Shown: piece after piece, positions 44,101 through 54,016 of the stretch | How the letters are laid out: the number at the start of each line of letters is the position of its first letter | Position numbering within the stretch: the stretch's first letter is position 1 | Virus record (IMG/VR): IMGVR_UViG_3300002307_000048 | Location: 7,693-71,692 of that record | Strand: one strand, 5' to 3' | Source of the DNA: a virus | Taxonomy: Duplodnaviria > Caudoviricetes | DNA: 64,000 nt | Position numbers and translations under genes: made by a program | The notes under the pieces: generated by a model | Seen by the model: the letters and a program-made list of their open reading frames with translations, nothing else | Told to the model about the DNA's origin: nothing | The model's database searches: none

Positions 44101-46142
44101 GCGGCAGACAATGTATAATCACCGGTAATTATATTATGGTTATATTGATACCAGGATAAGTCATAAATTACAGAATACCCCTTATGGTTATAAGTAATCC
44201 CATGCGCATACTCGTTTGGATAATTGTTACCGTATGGATCCACGTTTGTATTAACCCCTGTAGGATCTGTTAAATCATAAGTACTTCCGCCAGATACGGG
44301 AGCTGGCAGCGTTAATGTCAATTCATAAGATCCAGTTGATGGCAAAATACCAAAACACTCCTTCATAGGCATGCTTGTACGTTGCCATTCTAATTGAGGA
44401 TTGCTAGTATTATATTCCCGACCAAACTTATCAGTAGGCCCACAAAAGTTGGAAGCCCATCTTAATATATACGTTCCTGCAGGAACACCAGTTATTTCGA
44501 ACTTTTGAACCTGACTGGCGCCAAATGGATTTCCCGGTACTCCACCAGGATCATTTATTTGGTGAGTTGTGGCAAAATAAGGCGTACCGGCAAGATATAC
44601 TGTAAATCCGGTTGTTCCTAAGTATTGTTGCATTCTCTTTGCCTGTGAAACGCGATCGGAATTAGCACCATGGAAGGTATCACACCCATAATATGCATCA
44701 TTCTGACCATCCGTTGGACCGCCTCCAGTAGGCCAAAAAACACTATCATACCCGTTTCGCATGTTGTTGTAAATAACCGCATACCCGATAATAGTCCATG
44801 TATCACTATTTGGTGCATCTTTTATCTCCAAATCAAATGATAGATCTATTGGAACCTCATCTTTACCCTCAACCATATTACCATAATAAAGACGGTCTTT
44901 CGCAATTACCTGAGCGCCCACAATTTCTGGTACCGCATGATATGGTTCATTTGCTTCTGCATCTGTAACTACCGGGCCATCCCCATCATTATAAAAAGTA
45001 TAGGAACCGGTTAATTCATACTGTTCTAGGGTAATAAAGTTTTTCCATGCTGCAGTATTTCCAATCCTATATGCAAGGTTTACCTTTTTTATAGCATTAC
45101 GGTATGGTTTTGTAAGCAAATCGCCATTATCCGAATAATCCAGATCAATGCAATTATTTTTAGACCGTAGCATATCTACCTGAGCCTCTTTAGAGTCAAG
45201 AGCTATAAAGGATATGCTAGACCATACTGAAATTTCATTATCCGTATAAATGTACTGATATCTGAATTGGAGTGGTAAACCTTGTATATTATTGCCATTT
45301 CTAGCTAAATCAAGCCTTGAATTAGTTTTAATCGGGTAATGAGGTGGATACTTTATAACGTCTATATGAATTTCATTAAACGTATCCGCGTATGAGTTTT
45401 GAATAACAATCCATTCAACACCAGAAGAACTTAATGCATCTATACTATTAAATATCCCAACTACCGTTACCGATATGAAACTACCATTTGATTTTACTTG
45501 CCAGGCTGGGAAATTGGCTTTTAAATTTGCCGCATAAGCATTAACACTTTCTGAAAATGAACTTACTCCATCACTGAAATATAATAAAGGGAAACTGAAT
45601 GATCCAGCATTTGTAGTATATGATAAACCCCACGTATCACCAGATTTTGAAAATACATTTGTTTTGCCACTACCGAAGTAAATATTAAACTGCGTATTCT
45701 TATTTGTATCATCCGCCATTACTACATTAATTCGTCTTGGAGGATTTATATCGTCATGGTAATACAAAATATCTCCAATCAAGTCCATATCATACACATT
45801 ATGACCTACTTGAAAGTTAAACCTTGGATCTTGTTTTACTAGGTGCCAGGTACTCGTGTCTGGGTAATACCGATAAATAGCATGATCCCCATTTGAATTA
45901 GAATTACAAGTTATTATGGTTGAGTTTTTTTGATCCTCATAAGCACCAACAGTTGTATTTGTACCTGCAGGTAACAATGTGTTTACAACTTCAATTGTGC
46001 CTAATACATTTTCAATAGCAGACTTATTTTGCCCTACGGATGAATTTAACCGGGTATTCCAGTTTTCGCCAGTTGTACCTGGCAACCTATGACGGTTTTC
46101 ATGGTCATAATCCATGAACTTGAAATCATCCTGATCTGGCAT
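41151..46142 (-). CDS. Tail stabilisation / muzzle protein (P22 gp10-like, crAss-like)
   Basis: 1663 aa after three ring-like genes; LYYHDDINPPRRIN, QFRYQYIY.D, RLYYGN, YQIGIVYFD.G.R and GRVYF.NR segments. Confidence 0.75.
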   Translation of the reverse strand: MPDQDDFKFMDYDHENRHRLPGTTGENWNTRLNSSVGQNKSAIENVLGTIEVVNTLLPAGTNTTVGAYEDQKNSTIITCNSNSNGDHAIYRYYPDTSTWHLVKQDPRFNFQVGHNVYDMDLIGDILYYHDDINPPRRINVVMADDTNKNTQFNIYFGSGKTNVFSKSGDTWGLSYTTNAGSFSFPLLYFSDGVSSFSESVNAYAANLKANFPAWQVKSNGSFISVTVVGIFNSIDALSSSGVEWIVIQNSYADTFNEIHIDVIKYPPHYPIKTNSRLDLARNGNNIQGLPLQFRYQYIYTDNEISVWSSISFIALDSKEAQVDMLRSKNNCIDLDYSDNGDLLTKPYRNAIKKVNLAYRIGNTAAWKNFITLEQYELTGSYTFYNDGDGPVVTDAEANEPYHAVPEIVGAQVIAKDRLYYGNMVEGKDEVPIDLSFDLEIKDAPNSDTWTIIGYAVIYNNMRNGYDSVFWPTGGGPTDGQNDAYYGCDTFHGANSDRVSQAKRMQQYLGTTGFTVYLAGTPYFATTHQINDPGGVPGNPFGASQVQKFEITGVPAGTYILRWASNFCGPTDKFGREYNTSNPQLEWQRTSMPMKECFGILPSTGSYELTLTLPAPVSGGSTYDLTDPTGVNTNVDPYGNNYPNEYAHGITYNHKGYSVIYDLSWYQYNHNIITGDYTLSAAAVIGYLVHDLSNINAASNMAGGLRMEGQSLLVDIRNDDTSYGRDIASSWTDHNGFYFMATSYCSSITGFGQGHTRVPAYISFAFVGKDAINIKNGDIQFFVGGIFSDPALLTLSTVIGGTGGTGFPAVTPNDTTVQTISYSQTISHAPTVEQLLTYIEGKVNDQYGGGYSYATIALERGQFGQTDIDGNFKLPVFEPAYGATIGRRTDKLYIQSSVTFIPFIVSFSANPHTETIIFDSTHPFYASFGVFITSGPYTGNSASDINQNPFTASLPDLLVSGLKRGGSYQIGIVYFDNGDRKTAVCANQATILYIPSQPEDLSKFNPTRYAPGTQKAGQPIVHWSINNPAPSGYTHYALVRTQDQFINRYIQTIICGALYILYFDISNTNPLHATTTWNSGEATAIYIDISSLLYFTQENSGAYVPKDTLGNSPYISYVFNPGDRILLVSDYSSGNDKIIPKVYDLPIKGQYKNYVIIDYRIDLPQIIEGMLVQLYTPKHDAQQKIFYEIGEVYPILTDSNGINYHSGPEQDQVLSLGLPAKGSLLRGDTYFRKRNMPTISTHDLSAHRYNVYIEDPSISDFFDSFCSDIGRANIINKDFKKVLRYNEFRFSDKISLGTNVNGLSAFHQLDVETLGHDDGNITGLVMLNYVMLAIQQFEVTSMYIENQLTYESQGQEQIISISDKVVNNKTPLLKEQGCQDKGSIIKSKGRVYFWNRYKGTYNRYSNNGITILCETYNAIKFFQDFKLFLNGKGPVISPVSSYTVSGIYAASVFDRRHNEAILTVHYTVTEFDINGSEIDSYTDFKTISFYDEPEKEISGFTTRYSFGPTVYSQNKNNITGFLLGQMWEHEQNPIYGSFYGTNYDQIVTLIFGELPKMIKFYKSLSLHTNNAWRAYITTPPNDENQIGQRSELMETDFEIKEGVYDASFFQNMDTPNFTDQYEALANGETLRGYAIILRLVNSNTSQTVLYLVNVNTGNSVWVNN

Positions 46143-46146
46143 AATA

Positions 46147-46923
46147 TTAGTTCTTTATAGATAAATGGAAACTTTTCCTTGTAGCAGCCTTTAATTCTTC
46201 AATACCGAATGCGAATAGGGATCGTTTCATTAAATCAAGTTCTGAGAAAAACCTCTTTTCTGAATTTAATTTCTCACCTAGGCTAACACTTTTTTTACTT
46301 TCGTCTCTTTTCCATTTTATGAAATATAAAAGAGATTCATAGCCAAATTCATTTATAGAAGTCAGCCCACCTTCGCTATTAATACCGTTTGGCGTATATT
46401 CCAAAACAATATGGGAAGACTGTATATTAGAACTCAACTGAATATTCCATGCCATTTCATCAATATTTGGCCTATAAGCACCTAGTTTATTATGCGCCCC
46501 GCCATGGCCAAATAATGCACCTATATTCCTACCATTCCGGTAAAAATTATGGAAATAGTATGGAGCCCCTATACCTTCTGGAGAACGAGTATCAGCAAGT
46601 ATCAAGGAGGCTTCCCCTTCTCCACATGAATCCTGTTCAGCATTTGGGTACATTTTAGGATTTAGATCCAAAACAGCAATATTCCCATTTCGCATAAGTA
46701 ACCCGATCTTATGATAATCAACATAGTCTTTGGGTAAATCAACTGTATTATTCCTCAATATTGGGAGCATACAACTTTTTGTACCTAGGGGAATACCATA
46801 CTTAATTGTTATTTCCCGAACCCCTCTCAGTCCATATCGCAAATAATCAGAATATAAATGCAAGGTATCACCATCGTCTGCGCATGCTTCCCTTACAACT
46901 TCATCAACGGTTACATAAGCCAT
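46147..46923 (-). CDS. Putative tail ring / adaptor protein
   Basis: 258 aa; VDLPKDYV segment; synteny with the head-tail module. Confidence 0.6.
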   Translation of the reverse strand: MAYVTVDEVVREACADDGDTLHLYSDYLRYGLRGVREITIKYGIPLGTKSCMLPILRNNTVDLPKDYVDYHKIGLLMRNGNIAVLDLNPKMYPNAEQDSCGEGEASLILADTRSPEGIGAPYYFHNFYRNGRNIGALFGHGGAHNKLGAYRPNIDEMAWNIQLSSNIQSSHIVLEYTPNGINSEGGLTSINEFGYESLLYFIKWKRDESKKSVSLGEKLNSEKRFFSELDLMKRSLFAFGIEELKAATRKSFHLSIKN

Positions 46924-46925
46924 AA

Positions 46926-47561
46926 TTAATCTGCTTTACGGTCATTTAAAGTATCTGGCCTTGATTCTGGATCTTTCAGCCATTGTGCGGCCATGTTTGC
47001 TATTTCCCAAATATAATCATCCGGGATTGGCATAATATCATCATCATTTATGGTTTTAAGGCTACCTATCATCTTAACAAGTAAAACCTGCACTTTATCA
47101 GCATATCTTTCAAAATTAACAATAAGATAAGCCTTTAGCCCTTCCAGCATTACCCCAATATTCCCTTCCAGATTACGTGCCGGACTTCTTTTTGACATTG
47201 CGCTCCAGCCTGGCGGCAGTGGCACAAAAGAACATTCCTCGTCAATCATAAAACTTATTTCGTATGTAGATAAGCCTCTTGTTAAAGCAATGGGAGTAGC
47301 TGGCATATCGAAATAATACTTTTCCCGTGATTTATCGTATAAGATTGGGACATTCGGGAAAGTCTGAATAAATAATGGATCCACCGATCTTCTACCTTCC
47401 ATCTGCATTTGCTGATATAGGTTAGATCTGATCATATAATTTGCCGCATTGCAGATTACATAATTCAAATCCTCAGATTGTAATCGGTTATCATTTGGGA
47501 TATTACCACCATAGTACCGGCGAAGGATTTGTTCAGTTAATTCCCCATAGGTCATACTCAT
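46926..47561 (-). CDS. Putative tail ring / adaptor protein
   Basis: 211 aa; synteny with the head-tail module. Confidence 0.6.
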   Translation of the reverse strand: MSMTYGELTEQILRRYYGGNIPNDNRLQSEDLNYVICNAANYMIRSNLYQQMQMEGRRSVDPLFIQTFPNVPILYDKSREKYYFDMPATPIALTRGLSTYEISFMIDEECSFVPLPPGWSAMSKRSPARNLEGNIGVMLEGLKAYLIVNFERYADKVQVLLVKMIGSLKTINDDDIMPIPDDYIWEIANMAAQWLKDPESRPDTLNDRKAD

Positions 47562-47563
47562 AA

Positions 47564-48253
47564 TTATACGCCCTCCTGTTTCTGTTTATCAATATTATTA
47601 ATAAGCTGGTCTTCTCTCAGGTTTATACCCATTATTCCTAATGCTTTTAATATAAGCATATTATGAGTTATTACAGGCCATTCTGTTTCGGTAGAGTTTG
47701 CTGGATCATATACCGGCCTGTTATTTACCATCGTAGTTGCATAAATGATCTTAACCGGCTCTTTGATATATGTGAATTTAACTACCTGAATATTTTTGGG
47801 CCAGAACTGGATATAGTTATTATACATCGTACAATAAGGCTTTGACAATTTTGGACCAACAATTCGGCTGGTTAAAATATTGCCAATAGCATCATCATCA
47901 AGAACATTTATTGGGTGTTCTCTCCTCAATGGTTTTGGTAAATTTTCATTATAGGTTAATACTTTCCGGATAGAAGAGCACATTACATAATCTGGAGGAT
48001 ATATAGCTTTCCCATCATCATCAACAAATAAATCAATCGGGTCAGATTTAAACGGGTAAATATCGTCTGTTATTTTCTGAGTCTCTTCGTAAGCATTTTT
48101 CGTATTCCTCTTATCTCTAGGCGGAAGATAGTCATTAAGCAATGCCCTGGATGCCATATTCATGATATCCTGAAACCGATTAGGAGGCAAGTTGCCTCCC
48201 TGGGTTTTATTGCTGATATATCTCAGCAAATCATTCATTTCGCCTAAGTTCAT
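47564..48253 (-). CDS. Putative tail ring / head-tail connector protein
   Basis: 229 aa; SNKTQGGNLPP.RF and YIKEP...YDP..S...EWP segments typical of connector proteins. Confidence 0.65.
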   Translation of the reverse strand: MNLGEMNDLLRYISNKTQGGNLPPNRFQDIMNMASRALLNDYLPPRDKRNTKNAYEETQKITDDIYPFKSDPIDLFVDDDGKAIYPPDYVMCSSIRKVLTYNENLPKPLRREHPINVLDDDAIGNILTSRIVGPKLSKPYCTMYNNYIQFWPKNIQVVKFTYIKEPVKIIYATTMVNNRPVYDPANSTETEWPVITHNMLILKALGIMGINLREDQLINNIDKQKQEGV

Positions 48254-48254
48254 A

Positions 48255-50162
48255 TTATCCTCTTGTATAGTAAATGAAAACTTCTACGCGACCACCATGG
48301 GTTGTTTTTGCGGTATCAAATTCTATTGTACCGATTGGCGGGATATTGGCTACCAGCAATGGACCGGATACGGTTATTGTGGTACCAACTACACTACCTG
48401 CAGGTATAGATATAGGAACTGATGTTACTGAAACTCCACCCGGGTTTACTTTAATTGTCAATGAACCATTGTTAGAAGCTTCAATTTGCTTTGTAACGAC
48501 TATTGTAATTGCAACTCCAGTAACAGGAAATATCATTCCTGCTGGAGAAGCATCAATTGGAAATGCAATATTCCCAATTTCATTATCCTCGAATGATGCT
48601 GCACAATGGAAGGTTGACCAGGTTAATGTTGAATCAAGCAATGCTGTATTTATTGCCTGATTAGCAATTTTTGATCTTGTTACACTGTTGTTAATAAGTT
48701 CTGGGGTTCCAACTGATCCCGCAGCCATATTTGTTTCTGTAATTGCACCTGCGGCTATTTTATTGCCCGTTACAGCACTATTCGCAATCTGGGTAGTGCC
48801 TACGCTATTTGCAGCCATTTCCATAGCTGTAATGGTTGCTGCAGCTATTTGCAGGTTAGTAATAGTATGGTTTGCTATCCGATCTGCCGTTATCGCCAAT
48901 AAAGCAATTTTAGCCGTAGTAATGCTCAGGTCTTCATATTTGGCAGTAGCAATACTATTATCTGGTATATTGGTAGTCTGCTCAACATGCAAATCATAAG
49001 TCCTTATATATCCAGACGTATTTGGAACAATAGTTACTGAGTTATCAACTGATGTCAATACTGTATTATACAGGTTATCAATTTTATCTTTGTACGCACT
49101 GGCTAGGGAAACTGTATAGGTCATGGTTCCGCCACTAAGTACCCCCACAACCAATATACCGGATCCGTTTTGGACAACAATAGTTGCACCCCCTATAACA
49201 TTATAAAGAGGAACTATTAATTTGGGGATATCACTATCCGCACAGCCACAATCTGCGTCAAATCCGCCAACAATAAATATTTCTTTCAAATACATATCGG
49301 CATTTGATCCCTGACCACATTTTTGAGCATTCCCAAAAAGGTTCATAAGCTGGGTTATTCTGTTCAGCTTATAAAAAAGTAGATCTTTATCCTGGCGACC
49401 ATTAGTAACTGAATCTAGATAACGATCGTTTAATTTTTCAAGGCCACAAAGTATTCCGCAAAGATTCTCATCACAGTTTACAAGTATTTCTTTGCTACCG
49501 GTAAGTAAATCAATTATCGTGAAATTATTTGCAAAAGTATATGTAGCTATTGTTGAAATAGTGGTTGTCCAGGTCTGATCATAAATTGGCGTTAAGCTTA
49601 TCTGAGGTCCGGTAACTTCCTGCGGAGATAAATTTAAACCTTGTGGGTAATATAACTTATGCGATCTATCCAATGAAAGAGTAAATGCTCCTTCAGCGCC
49701 AGCATAATTTGTTGTATCGTTTGATACAATTGAAGATGCAAAACAATCAACCACTTGTTGAATTTCTACACTTTGAATTGTATGTTGGTATAGGAATGTT
49801 TTTGTAATGGTTACAGGCAATCCTGCATTATCCTCCACTTTGTAAATAATGGTATAAGTGCCTTGTAGGACATTACCGTTTACGTCAAGTGGTAAACTTT
49901 TTGAAACAACAGGATTATACGATCCATCGCTTGTCTGCCAGTTGTAAGTATCAAAACCGGTGAAAACATTTGTATCAAATCCAGCGTTCTTATAGAAAGT
50001 AATCCCATCAGGCCCTATAAGTTGATAGATACCTCGGGATACATGAGCACCAAAGCTAACACCAGCATAATCGGTAAGATCTGTCAGCCTTAATTTGGCA
50101 GGGGATATATCATTTCTGAAATCTCCTTGAAAGTTTACATTCGAAGTTGTGATGTTAGCCAT
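48255..50162 (-). CDS. Structural protein with fibre-type 10-residue repeats (tail hub/fibre)
   Basis: About nine ITTAKIA/VTGNKIAAGA-like decad repeats in the C-terminal third. Confidence 0.65.
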   Translation of the reverse strand: MANITTSNVNFQGDFRNDISPAKLRLTDLTDYAGVSFGAHVSRGIYQLIGPDGITFYKNAGFDTNVFTGFDTYNWQTSDGSYNPVVSKSLPLDVNGNVLQGTYTIIYKVEDNAGLPVTITKTFLYQHTIQSVEIQQVVDCFASSIVSNDTTNYAGAEGAFTLSLDRSHKLYYPQGLNLSPQEVTGPQISLTPIYDQTWTTTISTIATYTFANNFTIIDLLTGSKEILVNCDENLCGILCGLEKLNDRYLDSVTNGRQDKDLLFYKLNRITQLMNLFGNAQKCGQGSNADMYLKEIFIVGGFDADCGCADSDIPKLIVPLYNVIGGATIVVQNGSGILVVGVLSGGTMTYTVSLASAYKDKIDNLYNTVLTSVDNSVTIVPNTSGYIRTYDLHVEQTTNIPDNSIATAKYEDLSITTAKIALLAITADRIANHTITNLQIAAATITAMEMAANSVGTTQIANSAVTGNKIAAGAITETNMAAGSVGTPELINNSVTRSKIANQAINTALLDSTLTWSTFHCAASFEDNEIGNIAFPIDASPAGMIFPVTGVAITIVVTKQIEASNNGSLTIKVNPGGVSVTSVPISIPAGSVVGTTITVSGPLLVANIPPIGTIEFDTAKTTHGGRVEVFIYYTRG

Positions 50163-50175
50163 TTATTTTTAGTTT

Positions 50176-50204
50176 AAAAGGGAGAGCCTTTTAAGCTCTC
50201 CCTT
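50176..50204 (-). terminator. Terminator-like hairpin
   Basis: AAGGGAGAGC/GCTCTCCCTT 10-bp stem with a short T tail. Confidence 0.6.
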
Positions 50205-50212
50205 ATTTGGTT

Positions 50213-51337
50213 TTATTTTTGATCAGTATATGTGTTTCCCTTTGCAGGTCTGCCATTTTTCTTTGCAGAAAGTATATCAGAAGCAGACGGCTGTTTAATC
50301 CCTTCTGGAATATGTCTGTAAGATCTAGCCGGTTCTTCAGGAGCTTCATCGCTTAACAATTTCTCGTTAAGCTTTATAAGCCTTTCTGCATCCGAAACCT
50401 TTATGGTGTCTTCTGCCTGGAACTTAGGAATAAAGTTTTCTTCCTCCTCTTCCTCAATTTTACCGCCTCTTTCTTTTACAAGTTTTGACAAGGCCATAAA
50501 GGTCCCTGTTTCATCCTGTTTCAGCCATTGTGTGAAATATGATTTATAATCGCTGGTTCCCATTGGTATTTGAACAATACGGGTAAATGTATTATTCAAA
50601 TTGTACCCAATTTCATTACCACTAGGCTTTTTAGCAATAATATTCATATCAAATGCCTGGTAAACGATTGCCATAAGCAACATATCCGGAGAATCAAGCA
50701 ATTCGATCAATCCCGGATCACTTTTCAGTTTTATCAAGCAGTCATACTTGATACTGGCTATTTCCTGATTTACATCAACCTTAATTGCCTTTGCAAAAAG
50801 GACAATTTTGGTGACGTTCTTAAGATTCCGGAAAATAGTTTCAGCATCATACTGTTTTTGGTATTCCCTAAATTTTTCGCCTTTGTCAACATCAGTATCA
50901 ACCAGATAAAAAGTAGGCGTTACATTTTCATAGATGCCTGAATTCCTTTTATTTTCAGGATGCCTCATCATGAACTCATACTTTTTCTTTTCAAATTTAG
51001 AAACAACACATGCCCCGGTACCAAATTCAATTTCGGTATAGGCATTAATGTTTCCAGTTCCTTTTGGATCAGGTATTTGATGAGAAACGAAGTGATATCT
51101 TACTAAATCACCATTCTTCAATATAATATTTGTGCTTGCTGGCAGATTCCATATCCTAGGCGCCATTATGCGCCCTTTATTATGGGGTTCTGGGTCAATA
51201 TGTGAGCTTAGCAGCATAAATACCACAAAATCTTTTTTTCCCATTGATGGCACATCTGGTAAAAACTTTTCCAGCTCTAATTGCCTCTCTGCAGCGGTTC
51301 CAACTAATGGCTCATTGTTTCCGATAATAGTATCCAT
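50213..51337 (-). CDS. Conserved hypothetical virion protein downstream of the major capsid gene
   Basis: 374 aa; positional inference only. Confidence 0.6.
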   Translation of the reverse strand: MDTIIGNNEPLVGTAAERQLELEKFLPDVPSMGKKDFVVFMLLSSHIDPEPHNKGRIMAPRIWNLPASTNIILKNGDLVRYHFVSHQIPDPKGTGNINAYTEIEFGTGACVVSKFEKKKYEFMMRHPENKRNSGIYENVTPTFYLVDTDVDKGEKFREYQKQYDAETIFRNLKNVTKIVLFAKAIKVDVNQEIASIKYDCLIKLKSDPGLIELLDSPDMLLMAIVYQAFDMNIIAKKPSGNEIGYNLNNTFTRIVQIPMGTSDYKSYFTQWLKQDETGTFMALSKLVKERGGKIEEEEEENFIPKFQAEDTIKVSDAERLIKLNEKLLSDEAPEEPARSYRHIPEGIKQPSASDILSAKKNGRPAKGNTYTDQK

Positions 51338-51366
51338 TTTATATTATAAATTTAATGATATGTTAT

Positions 51367-51403
51367 AAAAACAAGGGAACCGGCATATAACCGGTTCCCT
51401 TGT
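51367..51403 (-). terminator. Strong intrinsic terminator after the major capsid gene
   Basis: 13-bp stem ACAAGGGAACCGG/CCGGTTCCCTTGT followed by a T run. Confidence 0.88.
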
Positions 51404-51411
51404 AAAAAAAA

Positions 51412-52770
51412 TTATGGCCTGATAATCGCGCATTTATTGGCTGCGGCAATCCTGATAGATCTATGAGCTCTCAAGTGAGATAGCAAATGATCACTATCAT
51501 CTGTTCTTTCGTTTGGCGGAAGAACAGCTCCACCAGTTTGCCAGCTTTCATATCTACGGCTATATCCTTCGGCACCTTTGTAACACAAAGTAATAACCGG
51601 AACAGATTTACCAGTAGCTACGTCTTTGGTCATTTCATTCGGCATTACAATACCTGTCCATCCGTAGTCTCCACCTGGGGCACCAAGTAATTTAGGATGA
51701 TCAAACATATCGTACTGTTTGAAGTGAAAAGTATAACCGCTTCTATGGAAAGATGAGAAACCGAAACTCAATGCAATTTCCTGTTTACCATTAAAGGCGC
51801 CATAAGAAATAGCTCCATTTGGGGTAAGGTTTTGCAAGAAGTTATCAGTATCCTGGCGCAATGGTAGCCCCATCCATACTGTATTTTCTTTTGCGCCAAA
51901 GTTTTTATTCAGTTTCCTAATCATGGAATCAAATTGTGGCAAAGAGAACATACCTGGTCCACCAGTACGTTGAACTACGCCTCCGTTAGCTTCCACGAAT
52001 GGCATATAACCTTGCATGGTTTGAATACCTATATTGGTCAATGCAGTATTGGTAACAGTATCACCGATAAGCATAGCCAACTCCAGGTCAACATCAAATT
52101 TTGTAGCAGTATCCAGCAAACCATTCAAATACCACAGATAACCAGTTTTACCTTTAGGGCCTTTCACCTCAAACCAAGTCCTATTGGTGCTTTCATCGCC
52201 AGAAACATTATATGTTCTTTTGATTTTCTGCATGTAGAACGTGAATTTAAGAGTAGAGCTGTCTTCTGATAATGGCTGTCCAGTATCTTCCGCATAGGCA
52301 TTTGAATAAATTATGATAACATCAGAAGCGGCTAGCGCCCCAATATTGTCAGTAGCTTTCAATGGAGCAATGGTTACTGTATGTGCGCTAGGAGTGCTTG
52401 TATCTTTAGCAGTAATAAAGCATTTTACTTTATTCTTCATGATCATAACAAGCTGGTTTGGTTGTCCAATAGACAATGTACCAGTATTCCTATAATCAGT
52501 AGAAGCAATAGTAAACGTGCTTGAATTACCTGCACCTGGATCAGCTACCGTAGTGGAAACAGTCAGATATTCATGAATCAAGTCTTTCTCGTAATGGCTA
52601 AATGAAGCCTGAGAGATTTGTTCTTCTTTCCCTGTAGAAGCAAAGAAGTCAAGAAGGTTTTTGCCGGCATAACGATCAACCAATTGATCAGCTATTTCCG
52701 GTTTGTGTATATCCAGGATATTGACGTAATTCTCTTTCGTCGCAACCTGGACCGAAGATGGTCTTGCCAT
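51412..52770 (-). CDS. Major capsid protein
   Basis: 452 aa after the scaffold-like gene and followed by a strong terminator; LDIHKPE...RY...LLDF N-terminus resembles crAss-like capsid proteins. Confidence 0.85.
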   Translation of the reverse strand: MARPSSVQVATKENYVNILDIHKPEIADQLVDRYAGKNLLDFFASTGKEEQISQASFSHYEKDLIHEYLTVSTTVADPGAGNSSTFTIASTDYRNTGTLSIGQPNQLVMIMKNKVKCFITAKDTSTPSAHTVTIAPLKATDNIGALAASDVIIIYSNAYAEDTGQPLSEDSSTLKFTFYMQKIKRTYNVSGDESTNRTWFEVKGPKGKTGYLWYLNGLLDTATKFDVDLELAMLIGDTVTNTALTNIGIQTMQGYMPFVEANGGVVQRTGGPGMFSLPQFDSMIRKLNKNFGAKENTVWMGLPLRQDTDNFLQNLTPNGAISYGAFNGKQEIALSFGFSSFHRSGYTFHFKQYDMFDHPKLLGAPGGDYGWTGIVMPNEMTKDVATGKSVPVITLCYKGAEGYSRRYESWQTGGAVLPPNERTDDSDHLLSHLRAHRSIRIAAANKCAIIRP

Positions 52771-52819
52771 GGTAGTTTTTAATTTAGAGGTTTAACAAAT
52801 AAACTACCAGATAGGACTA

Positions 52820-53959
52820 TTATTGACCGTTAAAGTGTCTCACCATTGCGGATTCAACAGATTCCCATCCGGTTTTCACCCCTTCATTATTTGCATTACC
52901 CTTACCCGGTTCGGCCGTATTCTTAATAGTTTCAGCAACTTCTCCAATTCCCCTTGCTTTCCCTTCTCTGCCATAAGCGGAAACCACTTTTTGCAGGTTT
53001 GTAGGATTTGCCAGATAAATGCTTCGGAATAATTGAGAAAGAGAAAATTTACCATCAGTGCCAATAGCAAGCTTGTTAGCCAGTTTACTAGCCGTAATCA
53101 TTTCTTTTGCCAATTCTTCCAATTCTGGGATATCCTCTTTTGGTATATCAAAGACAAATGGTTTATCAGATTCCGGTATTTCAAGTTCAATCTTATTAAA
53201 CTTTGATATTTCTGCAGAAACTGTTTGGTTCCATTCGTTAATAGCAAGTTTCGCTTTTTCTTCTGCCGCAATTTGATCTTTTGCTGATTGTGGGATTCTT
53301 AAATCCGCTATTTTAGAACTAAGGTTTTGACGAGCTTGTGTAGCATCTAATTTCAGTAGTGCTTTTCCGGCATTAATATCTGATTCTTCATAACGAGACT
53401 CATTTTGAGTGTATTTTCTGTCAAGTATTGCCTCAATCTCCTCTGGGAGAAGATCAGGGTTTGATACGGCTATTTCTTTCCGAACGGCATCCAAATCAGA
53501 TAACTGAGCGGGATCACCAATTTGGCGAATAGCTAGGTAACTATCCAGGGTTCCACGTCCCTCAAAATGATCGTACATCTTTTCCAAATCAGGAAATTTT
53601 GCCAGATCTTTTTTGGATAATATTGCTTCAAGATCTGCCTTTGTTTTAATTTTACCTCCAGTCTCATTGGCTAGAATTTCATCAAAATTGGGTTTCTCTA
53701 TTGGAACATTAGCCGGTGTGACAGTAGTTTCAGCAGGTTTTACAGGATCAGGAGTTGGTTTGGGATCAGGTTCGTCTCCAGTGGTAGTTGAAGATGCTGC
53801 ATTAGCATTTTCATTTTCCGCTGGCTCGTCTTCGTCCTCTTCTTCTTCATCAGGCTCATCGATTCCCCATTCAACCTGAGAAGCCATTGCACCATTTATG
53901 AAGTCTTTTTCCTTGTCGCCTGTAATAGTTACTGTTGTACTACCGTTTTCGTTTTCCAT
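52820..53959 (-). CDS. Putative capsid scaffolding protein
   Basis: Very acidic, helical, 379 aa, between portal and capsid genes. Confidence 0.65.
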   Translation of the reverse strand: MENENGSTTVTITGDKEKDFINGAMASQVEWGIDEPDEEEEDEDEPAENENANAASSTTTGDEPDPKPTPDPVKPAETTVTPANVPIEKPNFDEILANETGGKIKTKADLEAILSKKDLAKFPDLEKMYDHFEGRGTLDSYLAIRQIGDPAQLSDLDAVRKEIAVSNPDLLPEEIEAILDRKYTQNESRYEESDINAGKALLKLDATQARQNLSSKIADLRIPQSAKDQIAAEEKAKLAINEWNQTVSAEISKFNKIELEIPESDKPFVFDIPKEDIPELEELAKEMITASKLANKLAIGTDGKFSLSQLFRSIYLANPTNLQKVVSAYGREGKARGIGEVAETIKNTAEPGKGNANNEGVKTGWESVESAMVRHFNGQ

Positions 53960-53978
53960 GATAATATATAATAAAGTT

Positions 53979-54012
53979 CAAATATAAAATTAATTTGCAA
54001 AAGTTATCCAAA
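53979..54012 (-). promoter_or_regulatory. Bacteroidota-type promoter for scaffold-capsid
   Basis: TTTG-N22-TATATTTG, 19 nt upstream of ATG 53959. Confidence 0.6.
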
Positions 54013-54016
54013 AAAT

